In this document: piece by piece, positions 36,892 to 50,512 of the stretch
Layout of the letters: every line of letters starts with the position of its first letter
How positions within the stretch are numbered: position 1 is the first letter of the stretch
Source: Girardia tigrina
Taxonomy: Eukaryota
Length of the DNA stretch: 51,007 nt
Direction: 5' to 3'
Assembly (NCBI GenBank): GCA_001938485.1
Contig: MQRK01218487.1
Span: forward strand, 25,671-76,677
Translations under genes and position numbers: made by a program
The notes under the pieces: model-generated
The model's input: only the letters and a program-made list of their open reading frames with translations
What the model was told of the DNA's origin: nothing
Database searches by the model: none

Positions 36892-38399
36892 CAAGTTCTT
36901 TATTTTTTTCAACGACATTTTTAGGGCTATTTAAACGTTTTATTTATCTATATTTTTATGGATTTGAGATTAACTACAAAGATAATATTACTTTAATTAA
37001 TATCATGTATTTAAAAGACATTTCCACCGTATTTTTGGGTGCTGGGTAAATTATTTACTTAGATTATTTAAAAGTTAAAATACAAACTTCATGAATTTCA
37101 TAAAACAGGTGCTTATGAATATTTTGTAATCTCATAAGGTATGGAAAAATAACGATTTTCTTCTTAACATTATCATTCCTTTAGAGTATTTTTAAAGAGT
37201 ATTTTATGAGCCTCTAAAATAAAATTCATTTGATCATACTTATTCCTATGTCACTAATGATTTGTTCGTAATTTGCTTTCAATTGTTACATTTAAAATTT
37301 TAATTTGCAATTAAATGAATTAAAGATTTTTATTAAAATTGTCATAAGTCAAAGTATAAAGTAAAGAAAAAATGATTTTTCAGTTTGTTGGTAAAAAATG
37401 TATTGCTGATGTAATAAAATTATATTCTGAACTGGAGGAATGTTAAATAATTATATTTTTGAAATTTAGTTAACAAAAATATCTTATCAAAAAATTTTAT
37501 TATTCCTTAAAACTATGTTTTAAATTTGTCACTGAGATTATATTTTGTTTCAAAATGTTAAAAAAGAAGAAGATTTTCCAAGAAGACTTGAAAACCTTTT
37601 CAAAACTAGATTTTCAACAAAACATATGTTCTATAAGTTTAGTTAAGAACGGAAGATTTTAATTGAATATTGTATAATAAAAATTATAAAATTAAAAAAT
37701 TTTGACCAGTAAAACAGATTAAAGAGAAAATTGTACTTCGGAGGGTAAAATTCAGATTCAAAGATAAATCAGTTTGTAATTATTAAAAAAAGAAATGTTA
37801 ACATTTTGTTTTTGTTTTTGTGAAAAATAGTTCTAAAAGATTTTTTAAAATCAAGTTTGTCTTAATTTAATGACTGTCGTGTATGTTTTGTTATAATCTG
37901 CTATCAACAATGACCTTGACATTAACTTACTTAAATATGATTGGATGAATCACTTTGAATTATTTAATGGATAATTTACTTAACATCACATGTTGTATGA
38001 ATGTCTTTTGTGAATTTTGTTCTAAGCATTTATTACATAACTTTTATTTAAAATTAAATATATTTTTTTATTAATTTATTAGAAATTCAAAATTTGGTGT
38101 TAATTAAATTTAATTAAAGATTCTTTATCAAAAAAAGAAACAGTATATTTATATATTTAAATTGTTCTAAAATTCAAATATTTTTTCATTTTTAAATTTA
38201 ATTTTGTAGAAATTAGAAAGCGCTTTCGGCAGAATCTGTTTATTAAATTACCGCGATTCATATTTTAAGAGTAATAAAATTTTAGCCATAATTTGGCATA
38301 ATTTAATAAGAAACTTAAATTATATTGATTATTCATCCTCTATTTTTTACCATTAAAACGAAACAAAGTATTGATTTTAGTTCGAAGTACCTTGCAAAA

Positions 38400-39360
38400 T
38401 GTTTCTTTAACTGTTAAAGTCAATCAAATATATGCCACTTACAATAACCAAAACTTTAAATTCTGACATAAGCGGCAGCAAGGATTCCAAATATCAGTTC
38501 CTTTTGGCGTTGTCATACTGAATTGAAAATTCGAATTAAACTGAATCTTCATTGTGTAGGCTGCAGTAAGATGTACCGACAAGATGGAAAAGTATTTTGA
38601 CAATACCGCAGAGTCTTCTGCAGACTAGAGAAGCATTAACTATTTAAAATGTCAAATGACTGAAGCAAATAATTTGACCAAAATAGAAAGATTTTGAATA
38701 GGAGATTTCTTATATTTTCACAGTTTTAAAACTTATTTTGTCAGGTTACTGTTCTGCTGGATGATCTAGATTATGTTTCATGAAGTTGCAAATTCTCATT
38801 GCTTTTATAACTGGCAAAACACATAACTAATGGTGATCCGGCTACATAGCAAGATTCAAGGCAGCATTTATTAAGAACTTCAATAAACGGGTAATTGATA
38901 TGACAAAGTGTTGAAATACTACAGCTTGCAACATCATTAAATCCATGCTACAAATACATGAAGTGTTTTTCGGAAGTTGCAAAAGAACTATCATGTTCCT
39001 GTATTGAACAAAAAATATTAAGTTAAAGACAGATAAAGACAGTTGCAACTGACGGGTATGATATTGACAGCAACCAAAAGTGTATTAAGCTAATGAAGTA
39101 TGATTAAGGTACAGAAAATATCCACAACTCGTCTAATGAATTACTGCGTTATATAATGGAGATTAAAAGTTCTGAATCCGTTGTTCCTCTGTAAAAATAT
39201 CCAAAATTGTCATTTTTTGAGAAAGACCGTTTGTGCGTACCAGCTGACTCAGTTCGTGTGAAAGATTTTTCAGCTTGGCTGGTGATATTGTTAATAAGAC
39301 CTGTTCATCACTTGAACCAAATAGTGTCAACCCACCTGTATGTAGTGTAGTTGGTTAAAG
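38400..39360 (+). pseudogene. Decayed hAT (Ac/ZBED1-like) transposase, C-terminal part
   Basis: PTRWKS (TRWNS), AT*QDSR (AT.LDPR), and dimerisation-domain KYPKLSFFEKDRLCVPADSVRV..FS..GDIVNK. Confidence 0.8.
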
Positions 39361-39561
39361 ATAACGTATAAGGAAGACATACAGTTTCATTTATATTATT
39401 TTTGTGTTATTTATTGCAGTGTTATTTACGTTTAATAAATGTTACTTATGACAAAAAAGTGTAATTTTGCCATTAATCGAAAATAAATTTTATTAAAAAG
39501 TTAAATTTTCAAAATTTAAGTAATACATTTTAATAATTCGTTAACAGTCATAATATATATA

Positions 39562-40818
39562 CGTGATGCGTTAAATAAATCATTAGACTGGGGAATAGAA
39601 TGATGGCAAAAAAGACGTTATTCATATTAGTTGTAATATTTTAGGCTCCGTATATGTTATTTTGCTTATTGTTTTGTTTACGTTCCTAAGATTTTGAGTT
39701 CGGCAGATTGAATTCAATTATTTATGCGCATTATTATATCGAGATTTTAGTACAGATGTTTCTTCGAATCCCTTAAGCTAAAAGGGCCAGCTAGCCAAAG
39801 TATTGTTGAGCAGCTGTAGAACATCGCTCCCTCTCGAGCAACAATTTACAAATGGATTTGCGACTTCGTCATGATCTGCAATCCGTTCTCAACGAAGAAA
39901 GATAAAGGAAGACCATTCAAAATTTCATATGACAAGCGTGATTTATTGCTGACAATTATCATTTCTAAACTCAGAATCAGCATACAAGAGTTCTCATAAC
40001 TGCTACACATCAGTTCTTTTTTTCACTCATGTAATCCTGAAGGAACTTGACATCCGAAATCTGTGTTCATGCTTTATGCCGAAGATCATTAGCTGTAAAA
40101 TGGCTGCCATTTGCCTCGCATGCTGCTAGTACAATATCTTGCTCTACGATAAATACGGCAACATATTCTTGGAGAATATCATAACCGAAGACGAGACTTC
40201 TATCAGTCTCTAATTTTCTGATAGCAAGAAAATTTCTGGCCAGGGATTCACGACATCAGAGTCAGCGTCATGCATGCTTTGTAGTGGAACATCTTATCGA
40301 AAAGATTCCACACTCAGTGTCTTTTGGATCATTAGAGGTGTGATTTTCATTGACTTTCTCGAAAAGAGTGCTACAATGAACTCGCAGTACTATTGTTGTG
40401 TCATTCGTGATGTGCATAATCGTCGAGGCAAGTTTCCACTCATTTCTCTCAGGCTACTGTATGACAATGCGCTGATTCACACATCGAACCTCCTTTCTAC
40501 GACCACAACAGAAGACTGTGGATTCCAGATAATGTGACTCCCCTATATAGCCCTGATTTCGCTACCAGTAATTTGGCGCTTTTCCGCCATTTCAAACAGC
40601 ATCTCCAAAGTTAACATGTTAAAAACACAATCGCACTGAAAGAGAAAGTGGAAGAAATTCTAAATTTTCTTGACCCAAATTTCTTCAAATCACATGCGTC
40701 GAACTTTTTCGCCGTTGGAAGAAGTGCCCGGATGAGGTTTGTGTTTAAACAGTAAAAATTTAAATGGAATCTGACTTTTATTTCGTGTCGAGTCTAACAG
40801 CATATCTAACGCACCATT
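39562..40818 (+). mobile_element. Full-span decayed mariner transposon
   Basis: Imperfect TIRs TA|CGTGATGCGTTAAATA and TATCTAACGCACCATT|TA. Motifs FLENIITEDET, SVFWIIRGVIFIDFL, LLYDNALIHTS and PYSPDFATS. Confidence 0.9.
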
Positions 40819-41677
40819 TATATTGAAAATATTCAAAATGATTAAAAATTATTTTGATTTTAATTTTATGTTTTCAAATTATCATAATTTAAAATTTTTC
40901 AGTGTATTTTTTATCATTTAATATTTTTAGAACTGGACTTGAAAGCATTCGATAATGAAACATCAAATTTTTATAGCAAATGTTTAATTAATAAAATAAT
41001 TATAAATAATTGAAAATTAGTTTTGTTAAAATTTTCTGAAAATTATACAATTGTTCATTTGTTCTGTTTATATAACCCCTTTGTGAGTTTTTCATAAAAG
41101 TTATTATTGATTTTTTTTAAATTAATGATATTTAATTTCCTAAATAAATTTCCAAAAAAAATTTAATTTGTAGTGATTTATTTAAAATCAATCGGGGTCA
41201 AACAGTCCTACCCTCATATGGGATGATTAAAATAAATCCTAGGGATAAACTGTAAGTAGAATCAATAAAAAAGTACCCAAAAATAATATTATTTTAAATA
41301 ATAAAATTCGTAGTTATTCCAATATTTTCAATGATTTAAAAACCAATTTTAATACGAATTTAAAGAATTTTCTTAAAATATATTTTGTAATTAAACTTGA
41401 AAGAACAAATCTAGCCAAGTTTTGGAGAACCACTTGGCAGTCAATGAAATAAAATATTGTAAAAAAATTTTAAATTATTGAGATAAAATTTATGCCAGAT
41501 ATTTCGATTTTGAAATTAAAATGTGTTTTTCCAATATTTTTTTAATTAAAATATAATTTCCAATAAAATTGTTAGAAAGTTTGGTAACTTATTTTTCCAA
41601 AACTGAATTACTGAAATAATAAGGCATAAAGAAATAAATTTAATAAGCTTACATTGTTGATAAACTTTCCTTTTTAA

Positions 41678-41760
41678 CCTTCAACCGTTCCTCAAATCGT
41701 CTGTACACTAAAAAGACTGTACACTTCGGGTCGACAAAGACCCGAGGGACGGATGAAAGG
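41678..41760. mobile_element. Miniature piggyBac-like inverted-repeat element
   Basis: TTAA|CCTTCAACCGTTCCTC ... GAGGGACGGATGAAAGG|TAAA with an internal CGGGTC/GACCCG hairpin. Confidence 0.6.
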
Positions 41761-42065
41761 TAAATCAAGTTCTTAAATAAAAACGTTTTCACAAGAATCT
41801 GTTGAAAATTGAAAGTCCAAGGTTTTCAAATATCCGAGAAAAGTCCTCAAAAATTGAAAAAAGAACTATAGGACAAGATTCCTTTTATTTTTAAGATGAT
41901 TCTTGTAAAAATTAATATTTTTGTGTGATTCTTGAAATTTCGTAATTAAAGATTTTTTGCGTCCTGGCTGGGATTGTTTTTCTATGAATGCGAGTCTAAT
42001 TTTGTCTTAAATATTGCCAAAGATCGAATGGAGTGCGAATTGAAAATACGGTTCAAATTTGCTCT

Positions 42066-42320
42066 GAACTAGTAAATCAAAAAATTAAATTTTTTATATC
42101 CATTCTTTATGCAGACTACTTTGTCAACAAAGTTTTAAAAATTTAAAAAATTTTAATTAAAAAAACACCATAAAAAATAATATAAACTACTTATAATTTA
42201 TAAGCAGATATTTTGCAATTAATATTGTTCGGAAACTCCAAATATTCCGTTTTTTCCCATTTCGGGACTTTAAACAGTTTTTTTCGATCAAATTTTTATA
42301 TAATCATTTATTGTCATGTT
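42066..42320 (-). repeat. Helitron-like family fragment (empty-site relative of 13367-14543)
   Basis: gaactagtaaatcaaaaaattaaattttttatatccattctttatg is identical to the sequence starting at 13371; similarity continues for ~200 bp. Confidence 0.85.
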
Positions 42321-42370
42321 TAAGAAAATCGATTGAGTAAAAAGCCTTCAAAAACAAGTTTCTAAATGCC

Positions 42371-42410
<40 letters not shown>

Positions 42411-45400
42411 TAAGGTAATAAAAAGAATGGAATAAATGAAAAATTTCCTTGTTTGTTTTCATTTAATTCTAAAGAAAAATATTTTATTATTAAACAAAGA
42501 ATATTTTCGAAATCGTCTCTAATATCTCATGCTTCTCCAAATATAATAATTGAACCATCTAAGAATCTTGTGCAATGCGGGAGCTGTCGAAACCACCCTA
42601 CTGGCTGCGATTTAAGTATTAACCCTATAATATTCTTATCAAAATATTATAGCGCGTCTTTTATAATAAAAAAACTGATTGTCTCATAATATTAAGGTCT
42701 TTTTTGGAGTGAGACATTCCTCTCTGATGTCTTTAACAATTATGCAGACCAAAATAGTTATAAAATAATTATAATTTTTAACATTTATATTCGTTATTAA
42801 ATCAAAACGACAAATAAAAGTTGAATTTAATTTCATATTTTTAAAAACTTGTGTAACTGAAATCTGTCTCTATTAATAGTCGTTAAACGATCGTGATTGT
42901 CGGTTCAACCGTAAACTTTCAAATTCTTTTCCATCGTCATTGAGTGGAATTTGAGTCTTCGAGAGTGTAATCGGCGGTGACTTTTCATGTGACGAAAAAC
43001 ACGATTTTTTTCAATCTAAAATATGAGAACGTAAATATTTTAGACTTCTTTTTTCCCAGAAATATTCTTAAAATTAGTCTTTAAAACTAATTAAATAAAA
43101 CATAAACGTTACCCCAGCTTTGATGTAGTAATGTAACTAATTAAACCTTAAATTCATGTTATCCTCGATGCTTGTAGCAATTTATTTTACTTTGGATATC
43201 GTGCTTATTCATGTTTGTATTCGATATTTTTCTTTTTTAACCTCTTACAGGATACTTTGTACATCAAGAAACGTTATGATTGTAAATAGTGAACAGACGT
43301 CTAAGGCCTCATCTTAAAGTCTTTGGTAATTTTGTATACATTACATGAATCTTGCAGTAAAGTAATAAAAACATATCATATCGATCTTTTGTTCCTTTTA
43401 TTTTTTCACTAATTTCTAATAGGGATATTTGAATAAATTTTGTAATTTTAGCAACTTTATCGTTTTGTAATAACTCTCGATAGATTATTATCATATTTAT
43501 GTAAACTTTATTCGCCCAGAGACGCAATTTTGAATGAATTGTTGAGAAGCTTTGACTTAGTACCAGAAAATGGAAACAAAACTTGAGCTTAAAAGTATGT
43601 CAAAAAAGTTTATTTTGTACTTTAGAAATGAAATAGGATGTTTATAGTGAAAAAAGGTATTTTAATTATATACAATCACTAACCAAACTTACAAAACACC
43701 TCAACAACGCCTATGAAAAGTTATGTATACAATATTTATGTATACAAAATTTGTACAATAAGAATGAAAAGTGGCAATTTTACAGACCCTCATTAGCAAG
43801 CCATGGACTCTAAACAATCTGATGCAATAAATATCGGGAAAACATTTAGGTTATATAACGAATGACAATCACATAGATTATTATTATGAAGCCATATCTA
43901 GTGGTAAGTACTTCTGTCGGTAAAAGGTACTTTTAAATGTAAATTTATTTTATTTAATTAAGTTTATGTCCAAAACGGTACCATATAAAAATATTTTTCA
44001 TAATAATTAAATTATAAATATTCCTTTTATACTGTAATTTATTTAACTGACTACAAAATTGTACACTATATTATGTATAGATGAACAGAGAAATGTGTAG
44101 ATTCAACTTTTTTGACTCGAATTTTATTTATTTTTAATTCAGAATTGACATTTTGGTAACAATTGCCCCCCTTAGGGAGGTGTGTTCATATGCTTACCAC
44201 AAATGGATTAAATTGATACATTTTACGTAAGAAAGTGCAGTGTTTGATATTGTATTTTGATGAGGAACAAGATTGAATGTAACCATGTCATTAGGTTTCT
44301 CTATGCTCATGATTTTAAAAAAAATTTAGAAATTAATTAATAAATTCTGAATGATATTTGTATTATTATTAATTTTTAAGCAATATTCAAGAATATTTTT
44401 TCTGTGGTTAATTTTGTAATTAGAAAGTAGATATACAATCCAAATGTAAAGATTTTAATAAAAATCCTTCGAACATTTGTTATTTTGTATATCGTTACCA
44501 TTTTTTAAGTTATTAGTAGATGAAAATTGTGTTATAATGTACATAGTTTACGATGACTGACAAGAGGACCTTAGCAAGCTGGAGGTTCAACAGGGTTGAC
44601 AAGAATTGTTTCGATACAAAGTTTAGAAAATATAAAGCGAGATGTGATATTTTCTTATTTCTTATATCACAACTTAAAACATTTAGTCTGTCTTCTGTTT
44701 TGATTTAACTACCCGATTTGGTATTCAAACGAAGTAGAATAGTAAGGAATCATCATGCTTCCTCAACATGTTACTGTTATTCGACTTCTTCATTAACCAA
44801 AATATTGCTTCTCCTGGATTCCGGAATAATAAGTTACTAAGTAAGAAGGAATAGTGTTTTAAACAGAAAATTTTGTCTCTCTCTTTTATGGGATTCAGGA
44901 CATCAAATCAGGGATGTTTCTTAAGACATAAGTCCTATATGTTTGTCTTTTAAAAAGAGAGATCTGAATCTCCTTCCTTTTCTTTATGTAAAATAATACC
45001 GTCGTTAATTATATTAACATTGAAGATTTCAATTCATCAATTAAGTATAATCTTTTACTTGAAAAATATTTAATAATCGTGCTTCATAAGGGGTGGCTCA
45101 ATTTATTCTAACAGGTTTGACAAGTTTGTACTCCTTTAAAAAAAATTCATTATAACCAATTATTTGCTTATAAAAATAAAAATCTTTGATGTTAAGTAAT
45201 ACCGACTTACACATAGCAAAGATTGTTTCGAAAGCAATTTGGGTTAGTAAATCACCATCATTATTACAACCACCCTCAAACTTCAGCTGAATTCATCTTT
45301 CTAAACTAAAAATAAAAATGCATAAGAAAATATTACTTTTAATTTATTTATTTATTATATATTATTTGAACTAAACTGAATAATAATTTGATAATTATTT

Positions 45401-45465
45401 ATTATAATGATTAATCGAAAATGTTTTTTTTTATTTTTTTTGTCTTGACTTATATTTTCCTTCAG

Positions 45466-45551
45466 GCTCGTATCGATGATTATTCTCGTTGACCGGAATC
45501 ACTTGTCCGAGGCAGCATTTCTCACATCTATGAATACACGAAATAATATAG
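45466..45551 (+). CDS. Probable DEG/ENaC-like gene exon leading into TM2
   Basis: Long polypyrimidine tract plus cag|, donor |gtgggt, 86 nt. Phase-2 start fits 35050. Encodes LVSMIILVD..AFLTSMNTRNNIG, ending where the pre-TM2 'dIGG' motif is expected. Confidence 0.55.
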
Positions 45552-45987
45552 GTGGGTCGATTTTTTATAAGAAATACTTATTTTATCTAATGTCTTCCGT
45601 GTTGTCAAGTGAGATCTAGGAGTTTATATCACGAGAGTTTTTTCTAATTTGCTTTAATAATCAATAATTATGTTCTCGAAGAATGTGTAAGTCTTTTGAT
45701 TGTCCGCATGAACAGTTGTCGTGCGAAGTTTAGATACAGACGTAAACAAAATTTCTACTAATTAATAAACATGGATTCATTAACCGTTCTACGAAACGTA
45801 TCAACATTTAAAAGTAGACAATTATAAGGATATTTATGTTTAAATATTTTTAATTTATTAAAATTTATTATTATATCATAAATTAGGAATTTCGTAGTTC
45901 AAAAATGTTTATCATGAATGAATGAAATATTTGACGCCGTTTTAAATATTTTATATTTTTTTATTTTGATTCTGATTTTAGTATTAT

Positions 45988-46024
<37 letters not shown>

Positions 46025-47233
46025 TATAACATTTATATTTGACATTAGGCTTTTGTATTTCTAAACTACACTAAAGTAAATAAGCCACAAGATTTAAAAT
46101 TTTTTGTTTACTCAAAAAATTCATTCAAATTTAAAATTTCAAAAAAATAAGTATCCATCATAATTTGGCAACCCACTGTATACATATATATATATACAAT
46201 TCTTTTTTTGAAAAAATAATTCTATAAAAGCTTTTTTAAGAAAATAATAATTACACATGTTTCTTAAATTCTTTTTACATCATCAGAAATTATATTTATA
46301 GGTTATAATGTTAGCTTTTTATAACTTTAGTTTAAAAGGAAATATTTATTTATCTTCATTTAAATATTCTTGGATTATAATGTAAAAGGTTTTAAAAATT
46401 TTAATTAAAGGTTATAAGATTTGAAACGGCTTTACTTTGTCCACTTTAAATGTTTATTAATGAGTTGAAGTGTCTTATCAAAAATGATTCACAAAATACC
46501 GCTCACAAAGTGAATCAAAGCCTTTCTATAAAACAGAAAACTCATCCTGAGAAATAGAAGAAGTTCTATTTTTACAATGTAACCAATGATCAATAAATGT
46601 ACACCACCGAATTGATTGTGAATGCTCACTAATCCGGGTTTTGAGATGATGATTTGTCTCTCCAATGTACGACACCTGTATTGGCGCATGTGACAATTCA
46701 ATTTATAAACCAAATCAGCTTACAATCCACAAATCGTTTTCGATTTATTCGAGAGAAAGCTTTGAACTTTGGATGTCATTGAAACAATTTTGACACTACT
46801 AAATATAATCAATTTTATTACAAAGAATAACTAGTTGAAATAACTCGACCGACCTAAAATAGAAATACAAATTCTGATAATTTGATCGCATTTTTAATAT
46901 CTAATAAATATGTAATATTTATATTTCATATACGTTCGTCAGTAATAAGTATTCTTAATCGAAGTATATTTTATCAGACTCATACAAAATTGTAATGACT
47001 GAAAAAGTATAAAAGTGTACAGATACTTTGCACAGAATTTTAAAAACAGTAGTAAATTATTTTAAAATTCCATTTAATCGATAAAAATCTATAAAATCTA
47101 TAAAAATTATATAATACTGAGTATATTTTTGATAAACCAAAAAATAATTTAATACACAATGAAAAAGTTTCCTTTCTACTTTAAGTGCATATTGCATTTT
47201 TATTATTAAAAATAAACAACCATATTAACATAA

Positions 47234-47483
47234 GTGGCTGTCCATAATTTTAGTAGATTCATGCCATTTTAGTAGATTTCCAACCACCCCCCTTCGTCAC
47301 ATTTCGTCACAAAAAGCCTGACCCCCTCACCCCTCGTCACACTTTTAAACATAATTCTTTCACTAAATACTTCAGCCTTTCGATTTGACGTTACATTTCC
47401 TAAACTCCCCCTCCCCTCACGTCACACTTCGTCACATAATTCTGCCCCCTCTCCCCCTCCTGATGTCTTTTAAGGACGTCCCC
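47234..47483. mobile_element. MITE with GG-type termini and TWA-like target (Zator or PIF/Harbinger type)
   Basis: TAA|GTGGCTGTCCATAA ... TTAAGGACGTCCCC|CAA. Internal repeats of CGTCACA and C-runs. A related end TTTATGGACAGTCCC|TTA occurs at 23607-23624. Confidence 0.7.
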
Positions 47484-47679
47484 CAAGAAAACTTGTTACA
47501 AAAATTTATCTTTTTTAAATTGAGTACCATTAAAAATGCACTTTACCTTTTAAAGCACTAATTTTAAGAATTCTTGTTGTTATTTGAGAATAATAATACA
47601 GCCTTGACCATTGCATAAATTAATTTAGGTAAGTAAAGAAATGAAATTTAATTTTAAAGAAATTTTAAAAATGGATTTT

Positions 47680-48350
47680 GGTGAAATTGTTAAATTAACG
47701 AGAAGAATTTTGTTAAAATTTGTGTGTAAATTTTTTTAATAAATTTTTGTGTGAAATTATGACTAATGATCTGGAGTCAAACATTATCGAAGATTATGTT
47801 AATGCTACTAATAAGGAGTGTACTTTGGAATACAAGATATTCATATATCAGTAAAAAGATGTGTTTTTGTAGATACAAGTGAATTTAATTTGCTTTTGAC
47901 TGCAACCAAGGCAAGATGTTTTGAATAAACAGAGTTTCTATATTTTTTTCATACATCTGTTGGAGATCTATCTCTGTTACATCACTAATAGGTAGTGGTG
48001 AATTTCAATTTTCTAAGATTATTGACTGTAAAATATAATGACTTTATGATGGAATTTGAGCCGAACAAACTCAGAATTTATACGTAAGCTCTGTGTATTT
48101 TATGAATAATGCCCCAATTCACCATCGGCTTGACATTGAAGATATTTTGATAGGAAATTCTTTAACATCAAAGTTTCTTTCACTATAATCATACATTAAA
48201 AATCCTTTCGAACATGTATTCTCGATGTATTCACAAATTTTAATAACTTAAATGATGAATAACGACGGTGAGGAATATATTAGAAAAAGGTCTGAGACCG
48301 TCAGTAGAATTGCAACAGTTACTCTATGAGGACGATAAATATTTCGATAG
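47680..48350 (+). pseudogene. Decayed Tc1/IS630-like (DDE_3) transposase
   Basis: VFVDTSEFNL (VFVDEsGFN), VYFMNNAPIHH (MDNA.IH), and FLSL*SYIKNPFEHVFS (FLPPYSP.LNPIE.vFS). Confidence 0.8.
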
Positions 48351-49599
48351 TAACATGGAGGCGAAATTCAATATCTAATGAAATAAATATTAATTGGTTA
48401 CCTTATTTTCGATTTTCATGAAAAAAACTTTTAAAAATTTACTAAAATAATGATTTTTATTTGTTTTCTTGGTTTAGTAAATAATTTTATTAGTTTGTAA
48501 AATTATTTTAATGGTATATAATGTAAGAATGTTGGTCGTTTAATCGCCCGATTATTGGGGTTCAGTCAAATTCTATATAAATATTTGAGTACTTAAAATA
48601 TTGTTAATATATTTCTTAATATAATAAAGGCATTTATTAAGGAGACAAAACATAAGTTATTTTATAAAATAAATAATTTCCAATTCTCATTAAATTGTTT
48701 TACTCTACAAGTTTGTAAACAGATTTTGACAATTTACATCAATATTTTCTTGTGACATAAATTTCGTTGATAACGTACAAAAACTTTTTTGAGTCCAAAA
48801 TTTTTAATAAATATTTCATCAAACCAAAATTATATTTATATTAGTAAAAACTTAATTACAAATTTTTAATGATAATTTCATGATTATAAATTAATTTTAA
48901 ATTTTTATATAATAAAAAAACATAATTAATAATTAAATGGTTTTTAACATGTTACAATTAAATTTATTAATTTATTATTATTTTTTTCTATAAAACATAT
49001 ATTAATTATTTAAAATAATTAAATTTTTAGAATTTATTTTCTAATTTGAAAGCATATTTTTAATAATTTAGTTGATTATTTGATAATTTTATTTATTAAA
49101 TTTTATAAATAGTTTTGAAAAATGAATTTGAAGAGAATAAAAATATATTTAAAATAAAACTTTATTCTTCAAAAATTAAGTTTCATTGTAATGTTTTTTA
49201 TAATAAAATAAAATTTTTAGAATTAATAAAAATAATTTTCAGAGAATTCATGATATCAATGATTTTGTAATGTTTTTTTATGTGAATGTTTGACGAAGAA
49301 AAAGCGTAAGGAAAATTCTTAAGATTAGATGTCCTGTAAATTTATAAAACATAAAATAGGACATGATATAAAGTTTTAGTTATAATTTGTTCTATAAAAA
49401 ACAAATAATTTAAAAAGGATAAAACTTAAAGATGTTCAAAACTGCTGAATACATTATTATTTTTGCAATTTTTTAGTATTGCTCATAATCGATATATCAT
49501 AACATTTTTTAAAGTTTTTATCTCTAATCGCATTTATAATTCAGAAAACATTTTTTGAGAACCATTAAATATAGTAAGTATAATAAATATCCAATGTAT

Positions 49600-49800
49600 C
49601 ATTGTTCCAAACCCTCGAAAACTTCGTTTAATAACTTGACCTCTAGCATTCCTTTCACCTATTCATTAGTCTCTTTAAACATCTCCAGAGAGACTCCAGG
49701 ACATAAAATCGAATGCTTTCCTTAAATTGATAAAAAGCTATTACAGTCACTTTCTTTTGCCAAGGCAAAAGTTTGTGATAACATTTAGTCACTCTATGGT
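49600..49800 (-). pseudogene. Non-LTR reverse transcriptase fragment
   Basis: VIAF/INLRKAFDFMSW (F.D..KAFD, RT domain 3) followed by LWRCL after a frameshift. Confidence 0.5.
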
Positions 49801-50099
49801 ACTAGAATTTGTAACTCGACAAATCAAAGGTTTTAAAATAAAACAAAAACCTGATAAAATAATTATAAATTTCTTAAAATATAAAGCAATACCATTTTAA
49901 TACTTTAATTTTACAACATGCGTGGGATTTTGACGGATTTACTGTCAGTCCATCTTTGTACAGTTATGGTTTTTCAAAATAAAATTATCCAAGGTAGACT
50001 GGAGTTTAGAATTAAGATAAATGTGTGTAAAAGAAATTTTAAGTTCGTTGAGAACAAAAAAATCTTGTTGACAGCTCGAACATTGTAGTAATGTTGAGA

Positions 50100-50490
50100 A
50101 GTAATGAGTTCAGTGGCGATGGCGTTACGAGTATCTATTTTAATTGTTTCTGGAAGAGAAAATGCCACTCTTAGTCGATCAAAGGTATCACCGAGGTCAA
50201 GCGGAATTTATTTTCAAATGCTTGTTGGTGCTACACTATCTGATGACTCTTGTACAAAACCGGCTGCCCTGAAGCATTTGACGATTTTCTCTGTCTTGAT
50301 GGTGTCCCATGCATTCTTCAACCCAACCAGATATGTCAAAACATATTAACATCCCCCTTTTCATCATTTGAGTTTAAAAGTTGGGCCATCAGATTTTTCT
50401 GATAATACGCCTTTAGACACCATATAACACCTCTATCCCTTGACTAAGCCTTCGATGTCCGGTTAGGGGAAGGAATATTAACATTTGTTA
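50100..50490 (-). pseudogene. Tigger/CENP-B-like DDE_1 transposase C-terminal fragment
   Basis: LIFLP at the start, then NAWDTIKTEKIVKCFRAAGF (AW..v....I..CF.kAGF). Confidence 0.75.
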
Positions 50491-50512
50491 ATAGTAATAG
50501 TTATAATATTGT

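Noticed and set aside
44500-45310. Coding-like minus-strand stretch, possibly a decayed DNA transposon
   Set aside because: Stops in the frames I read and no family motif identified.
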